Of a stretch of DNA of 64,000 bases, positions 29,784 to 39,537 are shown in pieces; position 1 is the first letter of the stretch; each line of letters opens with the position of its first letter. Source of the stretch: an uncultured Lachnospiraceae bacterium (GTDB taxonomy: Bacteria; Bacillota; Clostridia; Lachnospirales; Lachnospiraceae). The stretch spans positions 2,869-66,868 of the forward strand of contig CAJLRL010000002.1 of assembly GCA_905209075.1 (NCBI GenBank), written 5' to 3'. Under the pieces are notes generated by a model. It had not been told where the DNA came from. It did not search any database and worked only from the letters and a program-made list of their open reading frames with translations. A program made the translations under genes and the position numbers.

Positions 29784-30475
29784 TGGCCCAGATACAGATA
29801 AAGCCAAAGAATATATTAGAGCCATCTGAAAAAGTACTTCAAATGTACGAAGCGGTACACAGCTTCATGCTTGAAAAAAGGGATATATCAACGATAAAGG
29901 TGGTGGATATAACATCCGCCGCCGGAATCGGAAAAGGCACAGCATATGAATATTTTTCTTCAAAGGAAGAAATCATAGCAAGCGCCATGGCATATGAATA
30001 TAAAAATAAAATAACAGAACTTGTAAACTGCATGTTTGCACAGAGCGGCTTTAAAAACCGTGTGATGAACGTGATGGACTGGATATACGATAATCAGGAG
30101 TACAATCAGCTTTTTTCACACATTTTTAATGAGGTCATGGGAGAGCCGAGACTGCCTCTGATAGGAAGCAGCATAAAGCAGCTGGAGAGTGATAATGAAG
30201 CACAGACTACGGCAGAAGATTTAAAAGGTGGTTGCCGTATGATGGATGACTGTGTAAAATACTTAGACAGCATTGTATCACGCCTTATGCAGGAAGCATA
30301 TGATGAGGGTGTCATAACTGAAACAGACAGCACCAAACGAAACATAACTGCGATGTCGGGGATGATACAATATGGCTGTATGCTCATGCTGGAAAGCCGC
30401 AGACAGATGAGCGCCATGACAGATGAGCAGCTGCGGCAGTTCATCTATGGAAATATAATAAAATGCCTGAATTAG
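29783..30475 (+). CDS. TetR/AcrR family transcriptional regulator
   Basis: N-terminal HTH (ITSAAGIGKGTAYEYFSSKEEI). Start overlaps the RND stop. Confidence 0.7.
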   Translation: MAQIQIKPKNILEPSEKVLQMYEAVHSFMLEKRDISTIKVVDITSAAGIGKGTAYEYFSSKEEIIASAMAYEYKNKITELVNCMFAQSGFKNRVMNVMDWIYDNQEYNQLFSHIFNEVMGEPRLPLIGSSIKQLESDNEAQTTAEDLKGGCRMMDDCVKYLDSIVSRLMQEAYDEGVITETDSTKRNITAMSGMIQYGCMLMLESRRQMSAMTDEQLRQFIYGNIIKCLN

Positions 30476-30547
30476 TATAGCAGAACAAAATACAATTTAA
30501 TCAAAATCCATATTGACAAAAAAGTCAAACCAATTTAAGATTGAAAA

Positions 30548-30830
30548 AGAATATATAAAAATAAAGGCGCAAAAAAGAGGAGTACATGACGGAAATCCTT
30601 AAAGAGAGAGCATCCACAGGCTGCAAGGTGCTTAGGACACGAAATCATGGAAGGTAGCTTTTTAGCCGGAGAACCCAGAAAGTCATATACCAGATAAGAT
30701 ATAGGCATAAGTTCTCCCGACTCGTCCACGTTACAGGACAAGAGGCATTCGAGGAAAACTCCGATGTAAACGAAGGTGGTACAGCGCTGACACGCCCTTC
30801 TGGTCAAAGACCGGGAGGGCTTTTTATATT
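30548..30830 (+). ncRNA. Putative T-box leader RNA (valine specifier)
   Basis: TTGACA-17-TAAGAT promoter at 30513-30541. AGAGAGAG block. GAAAGUCA with GUC (Val) plus purine at 30682-30685. T-box-like GGUGGUACAGCG at 30775-30786 directly abutting a 12-bp hairpin (30794-30820) plus U-run. Confidence 0.45.
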
Positions 30831-31215
30831 AATAAAATGTATAAACAGCCACCAGCGCAATCCTAAAAGCCAGAAGCAGACCACTTTCCGGTAGCAGAGT
30901 CGTCAGCACGATACTATGAGCCCCAGGCGAATAGTATCACCCCAATAAGGGCTTCATACCACTCTCTGCAATTGCATCGAAAACCTACGTGCCATGTTGT
31001 ATATACATTCTGCGAAAGTCGAAGAACCGAAAGTATCATGGTTCCATAAACCACAGCGAACAAAACCAACAGGCAAAAAGAAACCAGCTATCTGAAATCG
31101 CTCATGATACAAACTCGGTTCTGACTTGAGCAGAATATATATACAACATGGCAAAAGCCATAACCTAAAAAGCAATTGCCCACAAACTAACCAAAAGCCC
31201 GAAAAGGAGGAAACT

Positions 31216-33864
31216 ATGAGCAAAGAATTAAACAAGACATACGATCCGAAAGATATAGAGGATCGTCTTTACGAAAAATGGGAAAACAACGGATACTTCC
31301 ACGCTGAGGTTGACCGCAGCAAGAAGCCATTCACCATCGTGATGCCGCCACCAAACATCACAGGACAGCTGCACATGGGACACGCCCTTGACAACACCAT
31401 GCAGGATATCCTTATCAGATACAAGAGAATGCAGGGCTACAATGCACTCTGGCAGCCGGGAACAGACCACGCATCCATCGCAACAGAGGTAAAGGTCATC
31501 CAGGCACTTAAGGAGCAGGGAATCAACAAGGCAGACCTTACAAGAGAAGAGTTCCTCGAGAAATGCTGGGACTGGAGAAAAGAGTACGGCGGACGTATCG
31601 TAAAGCAGCTTCGTAAGCTTGGATCATCAGCAGACTGGCAGCGTGAGAGATTTACCATGGATGAGGGCTGCTCACACGCAGTACAGGAGGTATTTACAAA
31701 ACTCTATAAGAAGGGCTGGATCTATAAGGGCTCAAGAATCGTAAACTGGTGTCCTGTATGTAAGACATCTATTTCAGATGCAGAGGTAGAGCATGAGGAG
31801 CAGGACGGCTTCTTCTGGCACATCAACTATCCTGTAGTTGGCGAGGAAGGCAGATTCGTAGAGATAGCAACAACACGTCCTGAGACACTTTTCGGAGATA
31901 CAGCCGTAGCTGTAAACCCGGATGATGAGCGCTATCAGGATATCATCGGAAAGACCTTGAAGCTTCCATGCACAGACAGAGAGATTCCTGTAATCGCAGA
32001 TTCATACGTAGATAAAGAATTTGGAACAGGCTGTGTAAAGATTACACCTGCACACGACCCTAACGATTTCGAGGTAGGAAAACGCCATAGCTTAGAGGAA
32101 ATCGTTGTAATCAATGATGATGCCACAATGAATGAAAAGGCCGGAAAATATGCCGGAATGGACAGATACGAGTGCAGAAAGGCACTGGTTGAGGACCTTA
32201 AGGAGCAGGGCCTTTTAGTAAAGGTTGTACCACACTCACACAATGTAGGTGTGCATGACCGCTGTCACACAACAGTTGAGCCAATGATCAAGCAGCAGTG
32301 GTTCGTCAAGATGGACGAGATGATCAAGCCTGCAGTTGAGGGAGTAAAGAACGGAGAAATCAAGCTCCTTCCTTCAAGAATGGACAAGACATACTTCAAC
32401 TGGACAGACAATATCCGCGACTGGTGTATCAGCCGTCAGCTCTGGTGGGGACACAGAATCCCTGCATGGTACTGTGATGACTGTGGAGAGATGGTAGTTT
32501 CAATAGAAAAGCCGGGCAAATGTCCTAAGTGTGGCAAGGAGCACTGGACACAGGATCCTGATACACTTGATACATGGTTCTCATCAGCGCTCTGGCCATT
32601 TTCAACACTCGGCTGGCCTGAAAAGACAGAGGATCTTGACTATTTCTATCCAAACGATGTGCTTGTAACAGGCTACGATATCATTTTCTTCTGGGTAATC
32701 AGAATGATTTTCTCAGGCTATGAGCAGATGGGCAAGGCACCATTCCACACAGTGCTTTTCCACGGACTCGTAAGAGATTCACAGGGGCGCAAGATGAGTA
32801 AATCACTCGGAAACGGAATCGATCCGCTTGAGGTTATCGACAAGTATGGTGCAGATGCACTTCGTCTTACACTTATCACAGGAAATGCACCGGGAAATGA
32901 CATGCGTTTCTACTGGGAGAGAGTTGAGGCATCAAGAAACTTTGCAAATAAGGTATGGAATGCATCAAGATTTATCATGATGAACCTTGAAGGTGTAGAG
33001 CTCAGAGAGCCAAAGGCAGACGAGCTTCACGCAGCGGACAAATGGATTCTTTCAAAGGTAAATACACTTGCAAAGGATGCCACAGAAAACATGGACAAGT
33101 TCGAGCTTGGAATCGCAGTACAAAAGGTATACGACTTCATCTGGGATGAGTTCTGTGACTGGTATATTGAGATTGCAAAGGTACGTACTTACAAAAAGGA
33201 TGAGGATCCTGCATCAGCTAATGCGGCACTTTGGACTTTAAAGACAGTGCTTGTAAATGCACTTAAGCTGCTTCATCCATATATGCCATTTATCACAGAG
33301 GAAATTTTCTGTACACTTCAGTCAGATGAAGAAACTATCATGCTTTCTAAGTGGCCAGAGTACAAAGAAGAGTGGGATTTCCCGGCTGAGGAAGCTGCGA
33401 TAGAGCACTGCAAGGATCTCGTAAAGGGTATCAGAAATGTGCGCACACAGATGGATGTTCCACCTTCAAGAAAGGCAAAGCTTTTCATCACAAGTGATGA
33501 TGAAATGGTAAGGAAAATATTTGATGACAATAAAGAAGTATATGTAAACCTTGCATTTACAAGCGAGATCACAGTTCAGGCTGATAAGGATAATATCGGA
33601 GATGATGCTGTTTCTGTTGTTATTCCTGATGCAGTTGCATACCTTCCGCTTGAGGATCTTGTAGATTTCGAAAAAGAAAAAGAAAGACTTAACAAAGAAA
33701 AGGATAAGCTTACAAAAGAGCTTGCACGTTCAAGAGGAATGCTTTCAAATGAAAAATTCCTTAATAATGCAAAGCCTGAAAAAGTGCAGGAAGAAAAAGA
33801 CAAGCTTGCAAAATATGAACAAATGATGGAACAGGTACAGGAGCGTCTTGCACAAATGAAATAA
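31216..33864 (+). CDS. valS: Valine--tRNA ligase
   Basis: PNITGQLHMGHA (HIGH) and KMSKS motifs, editing domain, C-terminal coiled-coil. AAAGGAGG SD before the ATG at 31216; the track ORF start at 31126 is an upstream extension. Confidence 0.9.
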   Translation: MSKELNKTYDPKDIEDRLYEKWENNGYFHAEVDRSKKPFTIVMPPPNITGQLHMGHALDNTMQDILIRYKRMQGYNALWQPGTDHASIATEVKVIQALKEQGINKADLTREEFLEKCWDWRKEYGGRIVKQLRKLGSSADWQRERFTMDEGCSHAVQEVFTKLYKKGWIYKGSRIVNWCPVCKTSISDAEVEHEEQDGFFWHINYPVVGEEGRFVEIATTRPETLFGDTAVAVNPDDERYQDIIGKTLKLPCTDREIPVIADSYVDKEFGTGCVKITPAHDPNDFEVGKRHSLEEIVVINDDATMNEKAGKYAGMDRYECRKALVEDLKEQGLLVKVVPHSHNVGVHDRCHTTVEPMIKQQWFVKMDEMIKPAVEGVKNGEIKLLPSRMDKTYFNWTDNIRDWCISRQLWWGHRIPAWYCDDCGEMVVSIEKPGKCPKCGKEHWTQDPDTLDTWFSSALWPFSTLGWPEKTEDLDYFYPNDVLVTGYDIIFFWVIRMIFSGYEQMGKAPFHTVLFHGLVRDSQGRKMSKSLGNGIDPLEVIDKYGADALRLTLITGNAPGNDMRFYWERVEASRNFANKVWNASRFIMMNLEGVELREPKADELHAADKWILSKVNTLAKDATENMDKFELGIAVQKVYDFIWDEFCDWYIEIAKVRTYKKDEDPASANAALWTLKTVLVNALKLLHPYMPFITEEIFCTLQSDEETIMLSKWPEYKEEWDFPAEEAAIEHCKDLVKGIRNVRTQMDVPPSRKAKLFITSDDEMVRKIFDDNKEVYVNLAFTSEITVQADKDNIGDDAVSVVIPDAVAYLPLEDLVDFEKEKERLNKEKDKLTKELARSRGMLSNEKFLNNAKPEKVQEEKDKLAKYEQMMEQVQERLAQMK

Positions 33865-33914
33865 TGGTGGTATCATAGTACTAACTATAAGACTAAACTA
33901 AATGGGGTATTGCT

Positions 33915-35306
33915 ATGGAAAATAAAAGTGCAGGCGGACCGGTTGTCAGAATTTCACATGATCAGATGGAAGCATACCTTCTTTTACCGATGGTCAATTT
34001 TGATCAGACATATAAATTTGAGGAAGTGATGGATCTTCTCGACAAAAATGGTGTCAGATTTGGAGTAGATAAGAAAGTTATAGATAATATGATCTCAAAC
34101 AGGATTTTTGGAAGAGAGGTTTTGGTGGCGCATGGTGAGCCGGTGGAGGATGGCCATGATGGCTATTATAATTTTGGGTTTGACTGTAATCCAAATAAAA
34201 AACCGGTTATACGTGATGATGGAAGCGTTGATTATTGGAGTGTGCATGCGATAGAAACCGTTGAGGAGGGGCAGGTGATAGCAACATATGTTGAACCTGT
34301 ACCGGGAAAGAATGGCATGACAGTAAAGGGAACACCGGTTACTGCCAAAAGAGGCAGACCGATCTCACCTTTACTTGGAAGGGGCTTTGAAAGATCAGAG
34401 GACGGACTGACATATAAAGCAACGATTTCAGGAAAGATAGAGATGCAGAATAACCGGATACTCATTGTTCCTATATATGAGATATTCGGGGATGTAGATG
34501 TAAACACTGGAAATATTGACTTTAAGGGGGATGTTGTAATACATGGAAATATAAAGCCCGGAGCCAGTGTCAGATCAACGGCTTCAATTACAGTGGACGG
34601 GATATCAGAAGGCTGTAATCTTGAAGCAGGCAAGGATATTATCCTAAGAGGTGGAATGATAGGTGGTGATAAAGCCCACCTTAAGGTAAAAGGAAATCTC
34701 TATGCAAAGTTTATTGAGTATACACATGTTGAAGCGGATGGATTTATAGAAGCAGATTCAGCGATGAACAGTACCATAATAAGCTATGATAAGGTTATCT
34801 TTGCAGCAGGACATGCAAGCGTTATAGGTGGTGCTATATATGGCTGTGCAGGAATAGAAGCCAATAACTTTGGAAATGAATCTGAGGTAAAGACAGAGGT
34901 TAATGTCGGTATCCATAAAAAGATACGGCAGAGGATTTTCCAGCTTCAGAATCTTATAGAAGAGGATCAGATATTAGTAGACAAAATCAATTCCGGAATC
35001 AGGCAATATGATGAAATATCAAAGGAAAAAGGACTTAACGCAGCATCAGATGAAAAGAGAGTCGCTCTCCTAAGGGCGAGAATTGCGCGTCAGGCAGAAA
35101 TTTCAAAAAATTCGCAGGAGCTGGAATGGCTGAACAGTATAGTTGAAAGATCGCAGGGTGCTACCGTGAAAGTCGAAAGGGATGTATACCCTAATGTAGA
35201 AGTAAGGATCAACGATGCAAAGGTCTTAAACAGACATAAGCAGAGCAAAGTTGAGTTTATAGAGCAGCATGGCAAAGTTGTAATGCTGTCACTGCTTGAT
35301 CAGTAG
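33915..35306 (+). CDS. DUF342/FapA-like beta-helix protein
   Basis: 463 aa with repetitive G-x-hydrophobic beta-helix-like segments (GDVDVNTGNIDFKGDVVIHGNIKPGASV...) typical of DUF342 (FapA) proteins. Confidence 0.45.
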   Translation: MENKSAGGPVVRISHDQMEAYLLLPMVNFDQTYKFEEVMDLLDKNGVRFGVDKKVIDNMISNRIFGREVLVAHGEPVEDGHDGYYNFGFDCNPNKKPVIRDDGSVDYWSVHAIETVEEGQVIATYVEPVPGKNGMTVKGTPVTAKRGRPISPLLGRGFERSEDGLTYKATISGKIEMQNNRILIVPIYEIFGDVDVNTGNIDFKGDVVIHGNIKPGASVRSTASITVDGISEGCNLEAGKDIILRGGMIGGDKAHLKVKGNLYAKFIEYTHVEADGFIEADSAMNSTIISYDKVIFAAGHASVIGGAIYGCAGIEANNFGNESEVKTEVNVGIHKKIRQRIFQLQNLIEEDQILVDKINSGIRQYDEISKEKGLNAASDEKRVALLRARIARQAEISKNSQELEWLNSIVERSQGATVKVERDVYPNVEVRINDAKVLNRHKQSKVEFIEQHGKVVMLSLLDQ

Positions 35307-35365
35307 GTAATGTGTAGAAATTTGCGATATTTTTATTAAATCTTAATGGAATTGTACTTGCATTA

Positions 35366-35402
35366 AAAAGTCACTATATTATAATATATAGTGACTTTTT
35401 TA
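35366..35402 (+). terminator. Rho-independent terminator (perfect palindrome)
   Basis: AAAAAGTCACTATAT-tataa-TATATAGTGACTTTTTT. Confidence 0.75.
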
Positions 35403-35603
35403 TTACAGGATGGACATTGTTTTTATAGTGATGCATGATTACATCTTTGAAAATATGAATGGAGGTATTCAGATGTTAAATTTTGAAGAAGAACTTAAAA
35501 ATTATGAACCAAGTCTCGAAGTTGAAGAGGCTGAGTCGTCAATTTATAATAGAGATCTTACAGATGTTACAGATATAATTGCAGAGATACTGAGGGAACA
35601 GAA

Positions 35604-36968
35604 ATGATTTGTTATAAATGTGGACATGAGGCTGGAAGAGAAGAACAATGTCCTTCATGCGGGGCAGATATTTCAGTTTTTCAGAGAATAGTTAAAATAT
35701 CAAACGAATATTATAATGATGGATTGCAAAAGGCAAAAGTAAGAAATCTGTCAGGTGCAATAATAAGCTTAAAACAGAGTCTAAAATTCTATAAATACAA
35801 TATTGATGCAAGAAATCTTCTTGGACTTGTTTACTATGAAATAGGAGAAGTAGTGCAGGCCTTAAGTGAATGGGTTATAAGTGCGAACTACCAGCCGGAA
35901 GATAATATTGCAACAAAATATTTAAAGGAAGTTCATAACAACAGGAACCAGCTTGAAGCTGCAAATCAGACTATTAAAAAATATAATCAGGCTTTAACAT
36001 ATTGCAGGCAGGATAGTAAAGATCTTGCGATCATACAGCTTAAGAAAGTATTATCTTTGAATCCGAGACTTGTCAAAGGCCATCAGCTGCTGGCTCTTCT
36101 ATACATGGAAAGCGGACACCTCGAAAAGGCAAAGCATGCTCTTAGGAATGCAGGAAAGATAGACACGGATAATACAACAACCCTGCGCTATTTAAAAGAA
36201 GTAAACCAGCGTATAAAAGAAAAAGGTGGCGATCGCAAAAAGAAAAATGATGATTTAATTTCTTATCAGAGCGGCAATGAAACAATAATTATGCCCAAAC
36301 GATTCAGGGAAAGCTCACTTGGGGCAACAATAGTGTACCTTATAATAGGACTTATTGTAGGAGTTGCAGTCACATGCTTCCTTATAGTCCCAAATGTAAA
36401 GAATTCCATAAAGCAGGATGCAAAGCAGCAGCTTGTTGATGCAAGTGATAAAATATCATCAAACGGACAGACGATAGATGGGTTAAATGACCAGATCACG
36501 CAGCTGCAGTCACAGCTTGATGAAGAGAAAAAGAAAAATGATGACGTATCAACTCAGATTTCATCATATGAATCACTGCTTAATGCATATGTTGTTTACA
36601 CGACTGGCGATGCCCTTGCCACAGGTGAGGCTTTAGAGAATATAGATACAAAATATTTAAGTGATAATGCAATGTCAACGTATAATGCATTAAATGATGC
36701 GGTGTATGATTCATATATGCAGGCGATGTATAACGAAGCATATGGAAGTTATACAACAGGTGATTATGCGAATGCAATCCCTATATTCTTAAAGATAATA
36801 GGCAAGGATCAAAATTACAGGGATGGTTCGGCAGTGTATTATCTGGCTCAGTCATATCGTAAGTCTGGAGATACAGCATCGGCAGTCCAGTATTATCAGT
36901 ATGTACTTGATAATTTCCCGGGAACAGAAAAGGCCCGTACTGCGCAGAACTATGTTAATGTTCAATAA
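35604..36968 (+). CDS. Zinc-ribbon/TPR-repeat membrane protein
   Basis: N-terminal CxxC...CxxC, several TPR-like helical repeats, one TM helix, C-terminal TPR-like region. Confidence 0.5.
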   Translation: MICYKCGHEAGREEQCPSCGADISVFQRIVKISNEYYNDGLQKAKVRNLSGAIISLKQSLKFYKYNIDARNLLGLVYYEIGEVVQALSEWVISANYQPEDNIATKYLKEVHNNRNQLEAANQTIKKYNQALTYCRQDSKDLAIIQLKKVLSLNPRLVKGHQLLALLYMESGHLEKAKHALRNAGKIDTDNTTTLRYLKEVNQRIKEKGGDRKKKNDDLISYQSGNETIIMPKRFRESSLGATIVYLIIGLIVGVAVTCFLIVPNVKNSIKQDAKQQLVDASDKISSNGQTIDGLNDQITQLQSQLDEEKKKNDDVSTQISSYESLLNAYVVYTTGDALATGEALENIDTKYLSDNAMSTYNALNDAVYDSYMQAMYNEAYGSYTTGDYANAIPIFLKIIGKDQNYRDGSAVYYLAQSYRKSGDTASAVQYYQYVLDNFPGTEKARTAQNYVNVQ

Positions 36969-37135
36969 TTAAATATAAATATAATAAAAATACAAAAGAC
37001 ACTTGGTTTATTCAGGTGTCTTTTTATTATTATGATAAAAGAACCGGGAGATCACATATGTGTACCCTGGTGATAACATGTGGGGAAAGGGAGCCAAAAG
37101 ACAGTTCTATGTTTCCACAGAAAAAGGAGGATTAT

Positions 37136-37450
37136 ATGATAGGAGAATATAGTATTCTTAACGGCCGGCTTACTTATAAAATGCCGGAAGAAATCGATCA
37201 CCATATGGCAAAAGCTATAGCGATGGAGATAGATGCATTGATAGAGGGTGGAGGTGTAAGAAAGGTTGTTTTTGATATGGAGCAGACCAGATTTATGGAC
37301 AGTTCAGGTATAGGAATTGTAATAGGACGAGCCAGAAAGCTTAAGTTTTTTGAAGATGGAGAAGTAGCTGTCTGTAATATGTCAAAACGTGTGGATGTGA
37401 TATTTAAAAGTGCCGGACTCTATGACATTGTAAAAAAGGAGGAAAAATAG
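37136..37450 (+). CDS. spoIIAA: Anti-sigma F factor antagonist
   Basis: STAS-domain, about 105 aa, phosphorylatable Ser in FMDSSGIG. AAAAAGGAGG SD before the ATG at 37136. The track GTG start at 37016 overlaps the upstream terminator. Confidence 0.8.
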   Translation: MIGEYSILNGRLTYKMPEEIDHHMAKAIAMEIDALIEGGGVRKVVFDMEQTRFMDSSGIGIVIGRARKLKFFEDGEVAVCNMSKRVDVIFKSAGLYDIVKKEEK

Positions 37451-37890
37451 TGGAAAATAGTACATATATAAATAATCATATGGAACTGTCATTTGATGCA
37501 GTTTCAGTAAATGAGGCGTTCTCAAGAACTGCTGTGGCAATGTTTATGGCGCAGCTTGATCCTACACTAGAGCAGATTGATGATGTAAAGACAGCAGTAT
37601 CAGAGGCAGTCACAAATGCAATTATACATGGTTATAATGAGGATGAGCCAGAAAAACAGGTAAAAATGAAGTGTATGTATGATGAAAACAGGATACTTAC
37701 TATAAAGATCATTGACGAAGGCATAGGGATAAAGAATATAGATAAGGCTATGCAGCCACTGTATACGTCAAAGCCGCAGATGGAAAGGTCAGGAATGGGA
37801 TTTTCGTTTATGCAGGCATTTATGGATAGTCTTGTTGTTGAATCAGAATGCGGCAGGGGTACAACGGTCACAATGACAAAAAAGTTGTGA
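37450..37890 (+). CDS. spoIIAB: Anti-sigma F factor (serine kinase)
   Basis: 146 aa GHKL-type ATPase blocks (ELVTNAIIHG-like VSEAVTNAIIHG, IIDEGIGI, GMGFSFM). Confidence 0.85.
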   Translation: MENSTYINNHMELSFDAVSVNEAFSRTAVAMFMAQLDPTLEQIDDVKTAVSEAVTNAIIHGYNEDEPEKQVKMKCMYDENRILTIKIIDEGIGIKNIDKAMQPLYTSKPQMERSGMGFSFMQAFMDSLVVESECGRGTTVTMTKKL

Positions 37891-37903
37891 TGGGAAATCG
37901 GCT

Positions 37904-38581
37904 ATGATAGAAAATAGAGCTGGAAATGATACGGACAGGCTTGTAGAAGAAAATATCGGCCTTATTTATATGGTACTTAAAAGATTTAAGAACAGAGGGC
38001 GTGATATGGAGGAATTATTTCAGGTTGGAGCAGAAGGGCTTACAAAGGCGGCAGCACGCTTTGAGCCGGACCGGGGATATGCATTCTCGACATATGCTGT
38101 TCCAATGATAATCGGTGAAATACAGAGATTTATAAGGGATGACGGCATGGTACATATCAGCCGCAAGATTAAAGAGGACGCAAGAAAGATTGCAGTTATC
38201 AGAGAACAATTAGAAAAGACTGACAGCAATGGAATATCTGTTGAGAAAATCGCTGAAAATACAGGACTATCAAAACAGGATATAATTATTGCAATGGAAG
38301 CGGAAAATCCAACAACAAATATAGAAAATGAATCGGTGATTGATTTTATCGAACATAAGAATGCCCATGAAATATCTGTCTCAGACAGGGTGGTCGATAA
38401 TCTTACCCTGCAGGAGGCCATAAAAAAACTAAGTGAAGAAGAGAAAAGATTTATCCGTATACGCTATCTTGAAGAAAAAACGCAGAGTCAGACAGCACAA
38501 ATCCTAGGAAAAAACCAGGTGGCGGTATCCAGATACGAAAAAAAACTTTTGCTTAAGCTGCGGCGAAGTTGTATGATATGA
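37904..38581 (+). CDS. sigF: RNA polymerase sporulation sigma factor F
   Basis: Sigma-70 regions 2-4 (YAVPMIIGEIQRFIRDDG, C-terminal HTH QSQTAQILGKNQVAVSRYEKK) directly downstream of spoIIAA-spoIIAB. Confidence 0.85.
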   Translation: MIENRAGNDTDRLVEENIGLIYMVLKRFKNRGRDMEELFQVGAEGLTKAAARFEPDRGYAFSTYAVPMIIGEIQRFIRDDGMVHISRKIKEDARKIAVIREQLEKTDSNGISVEKIAENTGLSKQDIIIAMEAENPTTNIENESVIDFIEHKNAHEISVSDRVVDNLTLQEAIKKLSEEEKRFIRIRYLEEKTQSQTAQILGKNQVAVSRYEKKLLLKLRRSCMI

Positions 38582-38616
38582 ATGGAATAAAAAGATGAAA
38601 AACATGGAGAAGAAAA

Positions 38617-39363
38617 ATGAGTAAATTACCACTTGATTATGAAAATTATGTATTTGATCTGTACGGAACACTTGTCGATATCCATACGGATGAAGAGCCC
38701 GGATCAATATGGGAAAAGCTGGCAATGTTTTATGGTTATTATGGTGCACATTATAGTGCAAAAGAACTTAAATGCAGATATAAGAAACTTGTTGATAACC
38801 ATGAAAAGAAACTAAAAACAGATCTCGAAAATAGTACAGCATATTCCCATGAAGCATCGCCTGAAATAAAAATAGAAGAAGTATTTATGCAGCTTTTTAC
38901 AGATAAGGGTATAAAAGCTGACAATGAACTTGCAGTTCATGCGGGGCAGTTTATGAGGGTAATGTCTACGGACTATGTAAGGGCTTATCCCGGAACAGGA
39001 GAAATGCTTGAAAACCTTAAAGCAAACGGCAAAAAAGTATATCTGTTATCTAATGCCCAGCGCATATTTACAGAATATGAAATGCATGACATAGATATTT
39101 TTAAATATTTCGATGAAATATTTATATCATCCGATTATGGAACTAAAAAGCCGGACATAAGATTTTTCGATGTACTTATTAAAAAATGCGGTATTGATCC
39201 AAAGAAATCACTATTTATAGGAAATGATTCAACAACGGACATAAAAGGAGCAACAGAAGCTGGGTTTGATACATTTTATGTAAAGTCTAATATATCACCT
39301 GAAAACGATATGGCAGAAAATTCGACATATAAAGTGGCAGAATTTACAAAATGGGAGTATTAA
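38617..39363 (+). CDS. HAD-IA family hydrolase
   Basis: FDLYGTLVD (DxD motif I), later K and DD motifs. Confidence 0.65.
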   Translation: MSKLPLDYENYVFDLYGTLVDIHTDEEPGSIWEKLAMFYGYYGAHYSAKELKCRYKKLVDNHEKKLKTDLENSTAYSHEASPEIKIEEVFMQLFTDKGIKADNELAVHAGQFMRVMSTDYVRAYPGTGEMLENLKANGKKVYLLSNAQRIFTEYEMHDIDIFKYFDEIFISSDYGTKKPDIRFFDVLIKKCGIDPKKSLFIGNDSTTDIKGATEAGFDTFYVKSNISPENDMAENSTYKVAEFTKWEY

Positions 39364-39537
39364 GTTACAAAAACTTAAAGTTATTCAATGAGTGAATTAA
39401 AGTAAAATTGGTCAAAATATCTAAAAATAATATAAAAAATGAGGCATTAGTACGAAAATTTTTGTTAATATTGAAAAAATAAAATAAAAGTGTACAATGT
39501 ATACGAATTAATAAAAATTAAAACAGAGGTGAGAAAA

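Noticed and set aside
30548-30830. Leader element considered as RNase P RNA, tmRNA, SRP RNA or 6S RNA
   Set aside because: None of the conserved blocks are present (RNase P GGAAAGUC / ACAGNRA, tmRNA GGGG...CCACCA ends, SRP domain-IV GGAAGG-AGCAGC context). T-box-like features and an immediate terminator fit better, though this remains unconfirmed.
31126-31215. Upstream 30-codon extension of valS
   Set aside because: No SD. A strong SD (AAAGGAGG) directly precedes the ATG at 31216, and the ValRS N-terminus aligns from there.
30535-31235. Minus-strand ORFs 30535..30807 and 30954..31235 in the valS leader region
   Set aside because: No RBS. They overlap the predicted structured leader and promoter. 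Cys/Leu-rich composition is typical of noncoding translation.
37016-37135. GTG-initiated 5' extension of spoIIAA from the ORF track
   Set aside because: The extension overlaps the upstream terminator hairpin and encodes a Cys/Tyr-rich non-STAS sequence. An AAAAAGGAGG SD precedes the internal ATG at 37136, which gives a canonical SpoIIAA of about 105 aa.
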